DNA from: Eledone cirrhosa
Taxonomy: Eukaryota
Length of the DNA stretch: 64,000 nt
Direction of reading: 5' to 3'
NCBI GenBank assembly: GCA_964016885.1
Contig: OZ024740.1
Location: 267,592,001-267,656,000, forward strand
This document shows positions 40,433 to 56,415 of this stretch, piece after piece. Position 1 is the stretch's first letter. Every line of letters begins with the position of its first letter. The notes under the pieces were generated by a model, which was not told where the DNA came from, searched no databases, and saw only the letters and a program-made list of their open reading frames with translations. Both the position numbers and the translations under genes were made by a program.

Positions 40433-42860
40433 AGAGAGAGAGCAACTGGTAAATGGAAGAAAAGGAGCAAGGGGAAGGGAATTAAAATACACAAAGTCTG
40501 AAGAAAGATAGAAGTAGAGAAAGAAGTGATTATTACATAAAAATAAGAGAAGAGAAGGAGAAACAGATACACACACAAAAACATTGGCAAATATATATTA
40601 AGATAATAGTTATACTTTTTGCCTATCCAAATAGCATGCACCTACTGTGTGCGTATGTATGTGTGCGTGTATGTGAATGAGGCTTCAGCATCGCCAAATG
40701 TAAAGAAGTTCACTTCACAATCTCGAAATCCTGAGATTGAACCTATAATCTGACACCTTCGACAAGTGTTTTTTATCATAGCTTTTAGTCGGCACAAGCT
40801 TTGTCAGTGAAACTGGATAGTTGAACACTGTGCAGAAAAATCAGTTGGATGGATTTGCAGCTATAATTCAAAGATCTGATTTTATCACTTACTATGTCAC
40901 ATTGATTATACCAGAGGGTTATGTTAAAAGGTACATGCTTATGGAATATTTGATCACTTACTGTATATACTTGTATATAAGCAGAGAAATATGTGATAAA
41001 AAAATTGATAGTAAAATGGTGGGGTTCAGCTTATAGTTGAAGTCAATATTTTGCTGGTTTTCCACCAACTTCAAAATTCTATGTAAATGAGGTGCTAAAA
41101 TATTTTCGTTTTGGAGGTGAATTTTGCACCAGTTTCACTTTCAATGTGAAATTGATATTTTGTATTGTGTTGATGCTTTGAATGAATATGGTTTCCATAG
41201 CAGTTGGAAATTGGTAAACAATCATTATGTAATGGACTTGTGAAACAAATATACTCATTTTTTAAAATATCAAAATATTAAAACTTCATGGGAATTTCAA
41301 AACCATATCCAAACATAATGTAGTAATTACTGGCCTCGGCTTATAAATGCTGTTTCGATTTTTTACTATTTCTATAAGGGGCAGCTTATATTCAAGTATC
41401 AAGGACACGACAACCTCCCTTAGGTTTGTGATCTATATGATAAATGCACTCAGTACATGCAGTAAAGTGGTTGATGATAGGAAGGGCATCCAGTCATAGA
41501 AATCTTGCCAAACTAAAGGTTGGGAGGAACCTAAGTAGTGTCAAAGACATGACAACCTTTCCTGTGTGCTCAGTTAAGTGTCAACCATATATAGGTGAGA
41601 CACAGATCCCTGGCCTGCCTGGATGATCAGTGGTTCTGCTTTAGTTCTGACTTGGTCTATGTAGACATGTCCAACCCTTGTTAGCAAGGAAAGAGGGCAT
41701 TAAAACAATGATGATGATATGCTATGTCATTTCTTTGTAAGTTGATAGAACAGTTGAGTACACATTAAAATTGACAGTTCCATCTATTTTACTTTATATG
41801 AATGAGATGATGGAATCCATGTTGTATTTAGTCACTGAACTTTCCATTTTATATATAGATAACTCTTGCCAGCCTGGGAAACAGACATTAAATGATAATG
41901 CTGATGGTGATGATAATGTTGATGATGATGGTAGTGGTGATGATGTTGATGATAGTGTATCAAAAGAAAGTCAACCAGTCATAGGTTATCATTGTCGGTA
42001 AGAACATTTAGGTTTATCACTCTATATTGTTGAAACAAGAGTTTTTTTTTGTTTTTGTTTTTTGATATGTTGTGGTGGTGGTTGTTTTTCGTCTGAAATT
42101 GGTTACATAATATTAAACATGAAACTGTTAACTATAAAACATAATCTCTTGTAGATTCTGAACATATTACAAAATATCTTCCTTGTAATGTGGGAAGGCA
42201 AGCAGGAAGTCTAAGAAGGTCAATGTATTCCATGAGCCGTAGATAATCTTTCATGAACTATGAAGAAAATATTTGTTTTTCTTTTTAAAGTCATACAAAA
42301 CAAAGAAATTTCTCTCATAATAATGCCCCCTACCAGCCACCACTTTAAAAATTCAATCATCATCATTATCATCAACTAAAATATGCAAACAATATCATCA
42401 TGAGTAGCAGCACTGTCAACTTCATTATTATCACTTTTAATTAACCTCATCATCAGCATCATCACCATCTCTATTATCTTCAGTGTTATCATCACTTCTC
42501 CATTTCTTACATAATTAACAAACCGGCTGACATGAAAAATCAGATCAGGTCAGATGAAAGAAACTGACATAATCATTTTAATCTGGTTGTTTTATTACAG
42601 ATTGTAAGTACCTTCATTGAGGTCTCCCAACACACAGAGATAGATAGCTACATAAATGGAGAGAGGAAGAGAGAGAGTATATATATATGGAGAGAGAGAG
42701 TGAGAGAGAGGGAGAGAGGGAGAGAGGGAGAGAGAGTGAGAGAGAGAGAGAGAGACTAAAATAATTTATGACTCTTCATCTTCAGACACATTACAATTAT
42801 AAAACTGCAATAATTATGCGATAAATTCTAATTATATATATAACATTTTTGGTCGTTTTG

Positions 42861-42892
<32 letters not shown>

Positions 42893-42894
<2 letters not shown>

Positions 42895-43270
42895 CCACTA
42901 TTCTAGTGTAAAAGAACTGCTGCAAACTTTATTTGACCGCACAAATACTGCATGCGATTCTGCCCGATAGGGTATTTCAGTTGTACACACATGGTAAACA
43001 ATAAAGGCCACATGTTATCCTTCTACAACTCTTTCCCTTCGGAAAACACCCCTATTGATGAATGTGAAATCCAAAATATAGGGACTAATAAATCATTTCC
43101 AAGGTAACTATCTCTTGTTATCTTTTTACACCTTTCTTACGTTCTCTTACACTCTCTATGTCTCTTTCTATGGTTCCTCCTACATCTCTCTCTCTCAGCT
43201 CAATACCACCTGATTCTATTACCCGGAGATTTACCCATCTGTATTGTTGAGGCGTCCAAAATGACTATTT
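42893..43270 (+). mobile_element. (TA)n-flanked Penelope-pLTR-like element with a decayed minimal hammerhead
   Basis: ccct-attgatga-atgtgaaatcc-aaaa-tata-ggg at 43050-43083, then aataaa and aaggtaac; homologous to 24835-25070. Confidence 0.55.
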
Positions 43271-43332
<62 letters not shown>

Positions 43333-43481
43333 TACATATATAAACTTAAGAAAATTAACAAAGAGAGTACACAGAACTTTGGCAATTTCAACCCAGTGTC
43401 ACAATGTCTGACATAAGCCAAATGTTGTCCATTGAAGTAAGAGATGAGAGACAAAACATTAATTTATAGCAACACACACAC

Positions 43482-43529
<48 letters not shown>

Positions 43530-43531
<2 letters not shown>

Positions 43532-43680
43532 GGAATTTATCAGCTCGTCCCATGTTTTTCTGGGTCTGCCTACTCCGTGGCTACCGTCTATCTTTATTGC
43601 CCTGCACTTTGTTATACAGCTGTCGTCTTTCATGCGCATCACGTGACCGTACCAACGTAGCCTTCTCTGTACAGTTATGT
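43530..43680 (-). mobile_element. Short RTE fragment
   Basis: VQRRLRWYGHVMRMKDDSCITKCRAIKIDGSHGVGRPRKTWDE. Confidence 0.85.
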
Positions 43681-43711
43681 TGGTCCCACAACATCCAGGC
43701 CGAAACAAATG

Positions 43712-44074
43712 AGATCGTGTAGGTGTCACGACAAAAAACACACAGTCCACGCTGTAAATGTGGCCGTGTAGGCAACACGGTAAAAACCTCCCAGCCCCAC
43801 ACTGTAAATGTGGTTGGTGTTAGGAAGGGCATCCAGCTGTAGAAAACCCGCCAGACAGTCCACGCTGTAATGTGGCCGTGTAGGCAACACGGTAAAAACC
43901 TCCCAGCCCCACACTGTAAATGTGGTTGGTGTTAGGAAGGGCATCCAACTGTAGAAAACCCGCCAGACAGTCCTATGCGAGCAAGACAACCACTCTTGCC
44001 TCAAGTGGGAAAACCCCCGTCCAAACCCATGCAAGCGTGGAACACGGACGCTAAACCTGATGATGATGATGATG
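43712..44074 (+). mobile_element. RTE-tailed SINE body with an internal ~111-bp tandem duplication
   Basis: acagtccacgctgtaa...gtagaaaacccgccag occurs twice (from ~43742 and ~43854); (GAT)n tail. Confidence 0.8.
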
Positions 44075-44411
44075 AATGGAAACCGGCGGTTTCCATTTAC
44101 AAAAGATTAGAAACTCAGAGAATCTCCAACGGAAAGTAAATTTCATCAGATAGCTATTTCCATCCTATAGGACTTAAGTCCCACGGTCTGCAAATATAAT
44201 GCCAACTACCAGCTCGTATGAGTTATGGTCGTTAAAGTGACCCACATGTGACCTGGCCGCTAGTGCAAGCGGGAATATTACAGATGTGTTGATGGCTTTG
44301 CTGCTAAAAAAAATAGCAGTAAGCAACAACAAATTTTTTCTCTACATAGATTGGAGAGTATATAAAAATGAGGTAAATATCTCACTGAGTACTAAGTACC
44401 CATAGAGATAT

Positions 44412-44617
44412 AGCTGTAGAAATGAGATGATAGGTACTGAGGTCCTTATCATTCCACTGTAAAGTGGTCGTGCAGGTGCCACGGCAAAAAAGCACCCAGC
44501 ACTCACTGTAAATGAGGTTGGTGTTAGGAAGGGCATCCAGCTGTAGAAATCAAGCCAGCATCAGTTCCCGTCCTACCCTTGCAAGCAGGGAAGAAGCAGA
44601 CGTAAAATGAAATGATG
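44412..44617 (+). mobile_element. SINE family B, 5'-truncated
   Basis: Match to 25250-25460. Confidence 0.85.
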
Positions 44618-48325
<3,708 letters not shown>

Positions 48326-48391
48326 TACAGAGTACCCGACCTCCCATGGGTACAAGCTGAAGCATATAGACAATACGCCCCCCACACCCCC

Positions 48392-48535
48392 CACTGCAAG
48401 GTGGTCGTGGATGTGCCATGGCAAAAAAAGCACCCAGCCCACACTGTAAAGTGGACGTGTAGGCGCCACGAAAAAGCACCCAGCACTCACTGTAAATGAG
48501 GTTGGTGTTAGGAAGGGCATCCAACTGTAGAAATC
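48392..48535 (+). mobile_element. SINE family B internal fragment
   Basis: Tandem units plus the ggttggtgttaggaagggcatcc motif. Confidence 0.8.
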
Positions 48536-48740
48536 ATTTATTATAAACCTTTAAGGAATTACACCAGTCCAGCCTCCTGTTATTTTATAATAATTAACTC
48601 TGTACTCGCACCACCAACAACACAAACGAAGACGGGTGAGTTGTATTACATCGAGTGCTCTCGCTAATATTACATTGAGGTTGACCATACGGAATGACCA
48701 GTTCTATCCAGTGGTGAACCAACAAACATAAATATATATA

Positions 48741-48983
48741 TATTAGAAATGTAATCTATCGCCGTATTTTGACTAAAGAAATGACAGAAATTATTTAGCC
48801 TGATAGTGAGGTTAAGAACCCTCGGAGAAATGGAAAAAGATGAGTATCTTTTTCCATTTCTCCGAGGGTTCTTAACCCCACTATCAGGCTAAATGATTTC
48901 TGTAATTTCTTTAGTCAAAATACAGCGATAGCTTACATTTCTAATAATTTCAAACCCACTCGCTGTTTTGAAAATATTCTTAC
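48741..48983 (+). mobile_element. (TA)n-embedded fold-back element: palindrome 48741-48946 plus 37-nt tail
   Basis: 101-bp arms, 4-nt loop (gagt), about 5 mismatches; (TA)n on both flanks. Confidence 0.8.
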
Positions 48984-49346
48984 ATATATATATATATAAA
49001 TTGGTTGGCATTAGGAAGAGCATCTAGCTGTAGAAACCATGACTAAATATGAACAAGATGTTCTTATTTAACCAGTCATATCTGGTCTAGCCAATGTGGT
49101 AAATAGACATAAAATATTATCATGAAGTGAACTTAACCACAATTATGCCTGCACTGGTAAATTCAAAATGTGCAACTGACATTATGTCCTCTCATTTGCT
49201 CTTTCATATGAAAAGTAAGAGCTTGATGCATTAGATTCTTCATCCTCGTTTCACAGTTGAACTTGCCATAACTCTCCTAGAATTTTATCGACTAATGACT
49301 GCTGACATAGATTCTAACCACTTTCCCTAAATTCCTGATTATCTGT

Positions 49347-49536
49347 CGAGAGGGTGCTGAAAAGTTCATAGGCTGATTATGAAGGATTAATGCTAGAGCT
49401 GTGAAATCTTGCATGAATTTATTTCATCTCTTCTTATTAACAACTTCATTGTTTCTATCCAGAGACTATGTTGGAAAAAATTGGTCATTCCATAAGAGTA
49501 TTTTGGTCAGCCAATGAACTTTCTAGACAACCCTCA
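49347..49536. mobile_element. mariner-like MITE (copy of 5378-5575)
   Basis: Same interior and TIRs. Confidence 0.8.
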
Positions 49537-49575
49537 TATAAAAAGACAGGATAGTTACAACTGGAAAACCTTTGA

Positions 49576-49727
49576 TAATTGTTTCTACTTTTGGCACAAG
49601 GCTAGCAAATACCCAGTACATTACTGGTACTTTATTTTATCGACCTCGTAAGGATGAAAGGCAAAGTTAACCTCGGCGGGATTTGAACTCAGATCATAAA
49701 GGGACGTAACTCTATGCTTCAAAGCAT
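49576..49727 (-). mobile_element. SINE family A, 5'-truncated
   Basis: Match to consensus. Confidence 0.85.
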
Positions 49728-51190
49728 TATCGTTCTGTTCAATCAGGGTTGACTTAGGCTAAACAACAATAACTTTATCAAATCCAACACATGATTAATG
49801 CCAGAAAACATGTTTACTGTATTAGATTCAACCCACGCTTGTGTGGATAATGGATGTAAAATGGTGATGATGATGATGATGATGATGATGATTGACATTT
49901 TATGCGCATTAAGAAACTACGTGTATTTATTTATCTGCTTATGTGTGTCTGAATTTATGTATCTGTGTATGTGTCTGTCATGATGATGATGATGATTATG
50001 ATGATGATGATGACTATGTTGATAATGATGTCAACTACAAGTATACTAGAAGATAATGATGAAGATGTTTATGGTAACATTAATAATGATGATGATAAGG
50101 ATAATGGTGATGATAGATAGTAATGACGAGAGTGATGTTGATGATGACTATACATTTTTGCAAGTAATAGATTATGATACTCAATAAGATGTTAACATTA
50201 TACAGAAACAATGTTGAGAATGATGATGATGATGATGAGGAGGGGGGGGGGAAGATAAAGTGGATGACAAAAATGAAGATTATAATGATATCAATTTATT
50301 TTAAATTTCTTAAATGATCAACAAGATCCCAGCCCTCATTCACTTAACAAGTGTGGGGGAACTCATCAAATCAGACCAAAGAAACAATGTTTCCATTGGG
50401 CTTTCCATTGCTGATACTATTTACTAGTCACAACTCCTGGCCGGTAGAGCAACTTGAAATAAAGTGTCTTGTTCAAGGACATAATGCATTGCCCAGTTCA
50501 AAAATCGAACTCACAACCTTACTATAGTGAATCCAATTGTGTAGCCACTAAGCTATGTACCTTTAATTCTAAGAGCCCAAGTCTACCTAGTCAAGAACAG
50601 GTGCCAGATTATCTGGAAATATTACTGCTGATTGACCAGTTTCTTATCCAATATCAGATTTAAATATCATCCAGTTATCTTCATAAAAATTACCGTGTTT
50701 CAGCACTCCAGATCTGCCAGTCACAACTCTTGGCAGAAAGAGCAACTTGAAATAAAATGTTTTGCTCAAGAACATAAAACACTGCCCAGTCCGGAAACCA
50801 AACTTGCAACCTCATGAGTGTGAATTCAGTTCTCTAACCACTAAGCCAGACATCTTCATGATATCAATAATGATAATGATATACAGAGGAAAATATGAAT
50901 TCGTTAATATAAGTCATTTAAAGAAACATTTATGGGGGATTGTTTAGACAGCTGGAGCAAAAGAGAAAATTTACAATGAGAATTTAAATGATGACTACAG
51001 TGACTGGTAATAGATGAAAGGATAGGGAGAATAAAATGGGTGTACAGTCAACATGATAACAGAGTTAATGACTAGTTAGCATGTATGGGTAGATAGATAG
51101 GCAGTAATTAGGTTTTCAAGTTTGGTGTTTATGTTCTCCATCTCTTTTTTGTCAAACAGCAATAGCACTGGACATAATCAAACAGTAAAT

Positions 51191-51248
<58 letters not shown>

Positions 51249-51332
51249 CAGGCTTCTACAGTTTCTATCAAATTTCACTCACGATGCATTAATCAACCTG
51301 AGGCTGTAGTTCAAGACAGTTGCCCAAGGTAC

Positions 51333-51398
<66 letters not shown>

Positions 51399-51401
<3 letters not shown>

Positions 51402-51785
51402 TCATCATCATTTTATGTCCGCTTTTCCCTGCTTGCAAAGGTGGGATGGGAACTGATTCTGGCTTGATTTCTACAGCTGGATGCCTTTCCTAACACCAAC
51501 TTCATTTAGAGTGAGTGCTGGATGCTTTTTTTCCATGGCGCCTACATGTCCACTTTACAGTGTGGGCTGGGTGATTTTTTTTTGCTGTGGCACCTCCACG
51601 ACCACTTTGCAGTGGAATGATAGGCACCCCAGTCCTATCATCTCCTTTCTACAGCTGAGTAAACTGGAGCAATATGAAATAAAGTGTCTTGCTCAAGGAA
51701 ACAACACATCACCCGGTCTGAGAATTGAACTCACAACCTTTCGATTGTAAGGCCAATGCTCTAGCCACTAAGCCATGTGCCTCCA
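51399..51785 (-). mobile_element. Composite SINE family B, full length
   Basis: Reverse complement of 61419-61809. Confidence 0.9.
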
Positions 51786-51836
51786 TGTATATATATATAT
51801 ACACACACACACACATAGATATACATACACATATAC

Positions 51837-52073
51837 GTGAAATGAAGTACTACCTAGTCAAAGAATTAATTCCATGATATTAGGATCATGAACTCAACAA
51901 GCTAATACACGGATACACATCTTCACATACATATATATATATAAAAAGCGGACGTAAAATGATGATGATGATGATGATATGTATGTGAAGATGTAGCCTT
52001 GTAGTTAGCTTGTTGAGTTCATGATCCTAAGATCATGGAATTAATTCTTTGATTAGGTAGTACTTCATTTCAC
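51837..52073. repeat. Inverted duplication (~97-bp arms) around a (TA)n plus RTE-tail spacer
   Basis: gtgaaatgaagtactacc...cttcacatacatat mirrors atatgtatgtgaag...ggtagtacttcatttcac. Confidence 0.9.
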
Positions 52074-52253
52074 ATTGCTCCTGTTCAATCAGCTGAAGGG
52101 AACACTTTTTATTGTCAGTGGCTTATTGAAACTGGGACAAGCTTCAGCTTAATGAGGATCTTATCATCATCCTTTAATCTCTGCTTTCCTTGCTAGCAAA
52201 GGCTAGACTTAACCTCTGTCATCTAGAAACCACATTTCTCTAGTGGCAACCTG

Positions 52254-52515
52254 GTGCATTTGGCTCCCACCCCTGGTTCTGCTGCCCACCAGGCTGAAGA
52301 GGGCAAACTGTCCAAGTATTGGTCACTTTCTGATAGGTTTGATATAGAGCCTGTAGCAATGGAGACTTCTGGTATTCTTGTCCCCCTCCCTCGATCACAT
52401 CCTGGTATCAGAGGGGAGTTGGCTGCTCACAGGTGTAAGCCCCGCGAGGCAAGTTGGATGTTCTAGCACGTCTCTCTCGCTATCCTCCAGGGCAATGTAT
52501 TCTCCATCCTGTAGG
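52254..52515 (+). pseudogene. CRE-clade non-LTR retrotransposon C-terminal restriction-like endonuclease fragment
   Basis: PGSAAHQAEEGKLSKY..FDIEPVAMETSG..PREASWMF*HVSLAILQGNVFSIL matches the CRE-type AE..K..KY / PVA.ET.G / QR.S.A..RGN pattern. Confidence 0.75.
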
Positions 52516-53898
52516 CCAGGACTAGAGGTAGATAGAAAGATAGTTGGAGGTGGAGGATACTTGTTTGAATGTCACACATACCCAACCACTTACACTTTCT
52601 CATTTATATAATCCAATGTGTTCTAGTGTTTTGTTTTTTTAAAGACAATAAGAATTATGATTAAAAAGAAACTTGACTGTTATTTCTAGCAGTTCAAATG
52701 ACAACATAAAGTCTCTTTAGTTGAGATTGTTATCATTGTTGTGATTGTATTGTTAACATATGTATTTGAAAGTAATTAATAAACCGATATTAAAGAAATT
52801 ACAATGAAAAAGACAAAAAGAAAAGAAAAATTGATATAACATTAGCAGATTAGCAAAACTATTAGTTTTGCATTATTAACAACAACAATAACAATAATAA
52901 CAATAATAACAACAATTGTACTAAATAAACAAATAATTGTTTACCAGATGAAATTCCTAATGATATGCTGACCAGACAGACAGATATCTGTGACATTACA
53001 TGAGCAAATATAAAGATCCATAGATTTAATTGCTATTTCAAGTAACTACTTTTTTAAATAGAAATAGACACTTTGTAGTAGTAATAGTAGTAGTAGTGGT
53101 AGTGGTGGTGGTGGTGGTGGTAGTAGTAGTAGTAGTAAGCATCAGAACTAGTAGTAGTTGATATGCAATCAATTGTAGGAAAAAGAATAAAGCAAAGGGG
53201 AAATTGTCTGTATTAGACAAGAATCAGATGGACAACGATGTTTTCTACAAAAACAGATTGGTTATAAGTTTTGTTGTTATTATTTTGATCATAGGTGAAA
53301 GAGATTCTAGAGCTGACCATCTTGTTTTTTATATATCAGAGACTACATTGACCATCATCATCATCATTATTATCATCATTTTATGTCTGCTTTTTGCACT
53401 GGCATGGGCTGGAGAGGTTTTCACAGTTCAAGACAAGTCCGGGTCAGATCGACCTGTCTTCCTCATATGTTCCATATTTGGCATGGTTTCTATGGCTGAA
53501 TGTTCTTCCTAACATCAGACAGCAGAGTGTATTGGGTGTAGGTTTGGGTTTTTTTTCATGACAACAATCACAACCATTTTACACTTCCAATATGCCATTT
53601 GTTTTATAGTAAGGATAGTAAGAAGTAAGGTATGATTTGAGGGTAGTGTGGTTGTAATTTTGACATCATTACAGGATGTCAATAGTTATCTCTTTTGTTG
53701 CCATTTATTTTTAGGAAAGAAAAGTATGATTTGAGGGTAATGTGGTTGTAATTTTGCTGCTGATGTTGATGATGCTAATGCATAAAACTCTAATAGCATT
53801 TTATGTAAAATGTAAAAATGGGAAACTGATGAATAAATTGCTAAAAGCAGACTGACTTGTGTTTAGTGCAAATCATCTTTTACATTGTGGGTTATCAC

Positions 53899-54056
53899 CA
53901 GGGCAGAATTTAGGAGAAATGAGACCCTGTGCTAGTTAAGTTATGAGGCCCCTTTCATTTGAAAAATTCATCGTAAAAAAATTTTGGGTCAAGAAGATGG
54001 GATCCCCTGGCCAATAGAGCCATGCACGCCAAAGCACAATGGTAAATTCGGCACTG
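53899..54056. mobile_element. hAT-like MITE
   Basis: TIRs cagggcagaattta / taaattcggcactg; 8-bp TSD gttatcac / gctaccac. Confidence 0.75.
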
Positions 54057-54410
54057 GCTACCACCCATTGAACTAGAATGTAATAAGTCCATAGCATCTA
54101 TTTTCCAAGAGTATACAGTCAAACCTCAGCTATCCAACCATCTATTATTTGACCAAGTTACTGTGAATATTTAATTAACTGTGTAGTGTATGTAATATGA
54201 ACTTGAAAATAATACTTGTATTATCATTTTGTCTATTGTTTACAATAATTCAATGTGAATTTCTGAAGAAATCCATTTCTGAAGAAAATATAAAAATGTT
54301 ACATCAAAAAGATTTTGCCAACACTAGTGTGACAATCATCTCTTATTTACAGTTATCAAAAGTACCTGTCATGATTGGTCTGTTAGTTTCATCTCAGTCA
54401 GTTACTTTAA

Positions 54411-54621
54411 CCCTTTAGACATAACATTACTCTATATTTACTATTATAATATTTTCATGATAAAGGCTTTATCTCACATAATTTCGAATCTATGAGATTT
54501 TGATATTATTTATTTTGACAACAATACCTTAACATCAGTATGAGCGGCCAGTTACAGCCAGTTTCAGTAGAAAGAGGTGACATATTTCTGACCGGATGCA
54601 GCTGGTTTAAATGCTAACGGG
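54411..54621 (-). mobile_element. piggyBac-like MITE family 1
   Basis: TTAA|CCCTTTAG ... CTAACGGG|TTAA. Confidence 0.85.
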
Positions 54622-54680
54622 TTAAACAGTATTAAAATAATTTTAATACATAAAAATGATTAACAGATTAAAAAATTTAA

Positions 54681-55065
54681 CCCTTTAGCATTTACATTAC
54701 TTTACTATTATATTTTCATGGTAAAGGCATATCTGACATAATTATCTCACATAATTATCTCACATAATATGGAATCTATGAGATTTTGATGATGTTATTA
54801 TTTTGAGAACAATACCATAATGTCAGTATGAGCAGTCGGTTATGACTGGTTTGAACAGAAAGATGTGAGGGAATTCTAGCTGGATATGGCTGGTTTAAAT
54901 ACTTGTTTCTACTTTAGGCACAAGGCCAGCAATTACCCAGTGCATTACTGGTACTTTATTTTATCGACCCCGTAAGGATGAAAGGCAAAGTCAACCTCGG
55001 CGGGATTTGAACTCAGATCGTAAAGGGACGTAACTATGCTTGAAAGCATTTTAAATACTAAAGGG
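54681..55065 (-). mobile_element. piggyBac-like MITE family 1 with SINE A nested at ~54904-55049
   Basis: TTAA|CCCTTTAG ... CTAAAGGG|TTAA; SINE flanked by duplicated tttaaatact. Confidence 0.85.
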
Positions 55066-56149
55066 TTAAAAGGATGGCAAAATCAATGACAACTTCAGTC
55101 ACTCTACAAATTTGTTCCGAGTATGTATCAATTTCAATCAAACAGGTTTGTTGCTGTTACCATCTGTGGCAAGAAAGCAAATACCATTGATAATGAAGCA
55201 GAAAAACAAGAGTTTATATCCCACTGGGTTCATAAAAATACCAGTAACACACTGGCGTCAATTTAATCGACTTTCCCCTCTCCCCAAAATTATTGGCCTT
55301 GTGCCTAAATCAAAAACCATAATTATTATCTGAAAGGCAGGATGGGGAGTGGAGATATTGGTTGAGTATCACATCAATTGTTTTGTGGTATTTAGTGAGA
55401 AATCATTTATATTAATGTGCTTGTGATGGTGTTTTTGTGTTCCAATGTAACACTTAACATTAACATCCTGTACCACATGAAAACACATTAGCAAGGCATT
55501 CTTGCAAAGTACAAAGAGGTTCAATGGCAGCATCACATTAAAAATGTAATTTAATACTGCTGCAAATTTTCACAACAATCTGTCCACTAGCAAAATACTA
55601 TTAAACATAAATTAACCAACTAGTTTTCAGACATTTTCATCTAAATTATTACAGGATGTCAAGGGTTAACTCTTTTGTTGCCATATTTATAATTAAATAC
55701 ATTGTTTTAATTAATGAAGAATTTGGAGGGATGTACTAAAATTATTTAAGATTGTATTTGTAACAACATTTTTTATATAAAATATGTTGGAAGATTTTAA
55801 TTAGAATAGGAATTCTTTTAAAAGGGTGGTTTTGTTTCAATGAAACAGAGGCAGTTGTGGGCAGGTAAGTATCAACAGAGTTAAACAACCTGAACTACAA
55901 AATTAAACTGAAGATATAATTGAAATACTGAACAAGATGAAACAAGTTTAGTTGTTACCCATTTAGCAACCTTAAGTATAGAATGAAATAAGATCAATTG
56001 TTATACTTTACACAACCTTAACTATGGAACAAAATTGAAGACATAGTCAACTTTAACTTCATAAATCAATGATATGAAGACCTCAAGATAGTTATATGAA
56101 TACTTATAAAACATGAAAATGTCACAGAATTTGCTAGTCAGAATTATTT

Positions 56150-56415
56150 TTATTAGAGCAATGGTACGAATATGTAATCCACTTCCCACCAGATCATCCT
56201 ACTAAGGCCTTACTCTCATTTGACAAAGTAGCAGCAGGCTGGAAGAGGCTCTGCGGTTGACCCCACACTATATAGCTAGATTGGATTCAGGAAGATCTCC
56301 CAAGGCTCAATGTGACGTTGGAGAATGCAGAGGAGCTGGCAGAGGTGGACCTGGTTGGCTCTATGCCTGACGACACCTCTGGGACCACTGTACAAGGTGA
56401 TCCCAGACCCATCAG
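56150..56415 (+). pseudogene. RTE-like LINE 3' remnant
   Basis: QWYEYVIHFPPDHPTKALLSF..AGWKRLCG*PHTI*LDWIQEDLPRLNVTLENAEELA. Confidence 0.7.

Noticed and set aside
54197-54418. 73-aa ORF with a signal-peptide-like N-terminus
   Set aside because: AT-rich sequence among MITEs, ends inside a MITE terminus, and has no other support
56291-56414. Apparent exon (ttcag|GAAGAT...CATCAG|gtaaaa)
   Set aside because: It is in frame with upstream RTE motifs (DHPTKALL, GWKR..G.P), so it is a LINE remnant; exonisation cannot be excluded without RNA data
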